A DNA stretch of 64,000 nt from Callorhinchus milii (taxonomy: Eukaryota). A program made the position numbers and the translations under genes. Positions 63,261-64,000 of this stretch are shown here, one piece after another; positions within the stretch are counted from its first letter, which is position 1, and each line of letters starts with the position of its first letter. The notes beneath the pieces are model-generated. The model was not told where the DNA came from, ran no database searches, and saw only the letters and a list, made by a program, of their open reading frames with translations. The DNA is taken from the NCBI RefSeq assembly GCF_018977255.1, contig NW_024704743.1, forward strand, positions 45,696,001-45,760,000. Direction: 5' to 3'.

Positions 63261-64000
63261 ATAAAATACATGTGGAGGAGTTAAAAACAAATAAACTATT
63301 GTGATTTTTCAGGATGGTATGTACTATTGTCCTCAGGAACACAAAGGTACACATTTACAGTGTTTAAAAGCAATGAAAATTACCATCACTGAACTGTATT
63401 TGTCAACCAGTTTTTTGTGCTTTTTATCTAATCTAATTAGCAAAGCATAACTTAATGAGACTGGCAAAAGGACAAGAGAAATTATGTTTTAGGAGATGAT
63501 GTTCCCTTTTTTGATATGTTTTGGCAATGTGGGAAGGTTCTCCCATATAAGTGTAAATTTGCCAGCCAGGGGAAATACCTCCTATGGTGTTTAGAAATAT
63601 CAGAAACAGCAGTACCTCACATAGAGATTTAAACCTCGACAATTTCTAGTAAATCATACAAAATAGGTTATATAGATAATGGGATCTAATACTCCATGAT
63701 TACTAACAGGATTCCTTAATGAAGAAATTGGAAGTAAGTCTTGCTGACTTGCAATAATTCTTGCTCTGATGCAATCTACTTTTGGAGTTTGTGCAGGTCT
63801 GTATGATGTGCACGATGTACAGGATGTCCTCAAAATCCTCTTACCTCCTAGTACAAAACAGTGATATGAGATTACAGAGTAGCTGAAACAAGCTGTCAGA
63901 GATGCATTTCGCCTTGTTACTCCATCCATGTCACAGAAGATGTTGCACCGAACATGGGGACAGAACTGCCACGAAAATGATGGCGATCACACCAATCATC

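Noticed and set aside
1..64000. CRISPR array, prokaryotic defence system or other multi-gene novel system
   Set aside because: The sequence is intron-containing vertebrate DNA; no repeat-spacer array or operon-like ORF cluster is present.

Overview
Eukaryotic (vertebrate) genomic DNA. The repeat content (Deu-domain SINEs, L2 and CR1 LINEs, a chondrichthyan-type Penelope terminal-repeat fragment) suggests a cartilaginous fish, possibly a holocephalan; this is inference. The only host protein-coding gene I can support is eomesodermin (eomes/Tbr2, T-box family) on the minus strand. It has six coding exons (54770-53892, 50002-49848, 47587-47466, 47355-47197, 47099-47038, 46922-46193), all with GT-AG introns and compatible phases. 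As assembled, exon 1 is broken by two stops near homopolymer and microsatellite runs. The gene lies in a CpG-rich, nearly transposon-free domain of about 17 kb (about 41-58 kb), with a C-rich minisatellite just upstream of the promoter. The rest of the window is intergenic and dense in nested retroelements: two long L2 ORF2 fragments, CR1 fragments, a tRNA-headed SINE in long and short forms, DeuSINEs and two unnamed dispersed repeats. I found no convincing novel multi-gene system. The best leads are the disrupted, TBR1-like exon 1 of eomes, its splice-site peculiarities, the promoter minisatellite, candidate CTCF and T-box regulatory sites, and several palindromic or templated insertions. Repeat boundaries are approximate (about 10-30 bp), and comparisons to other species are from memory.
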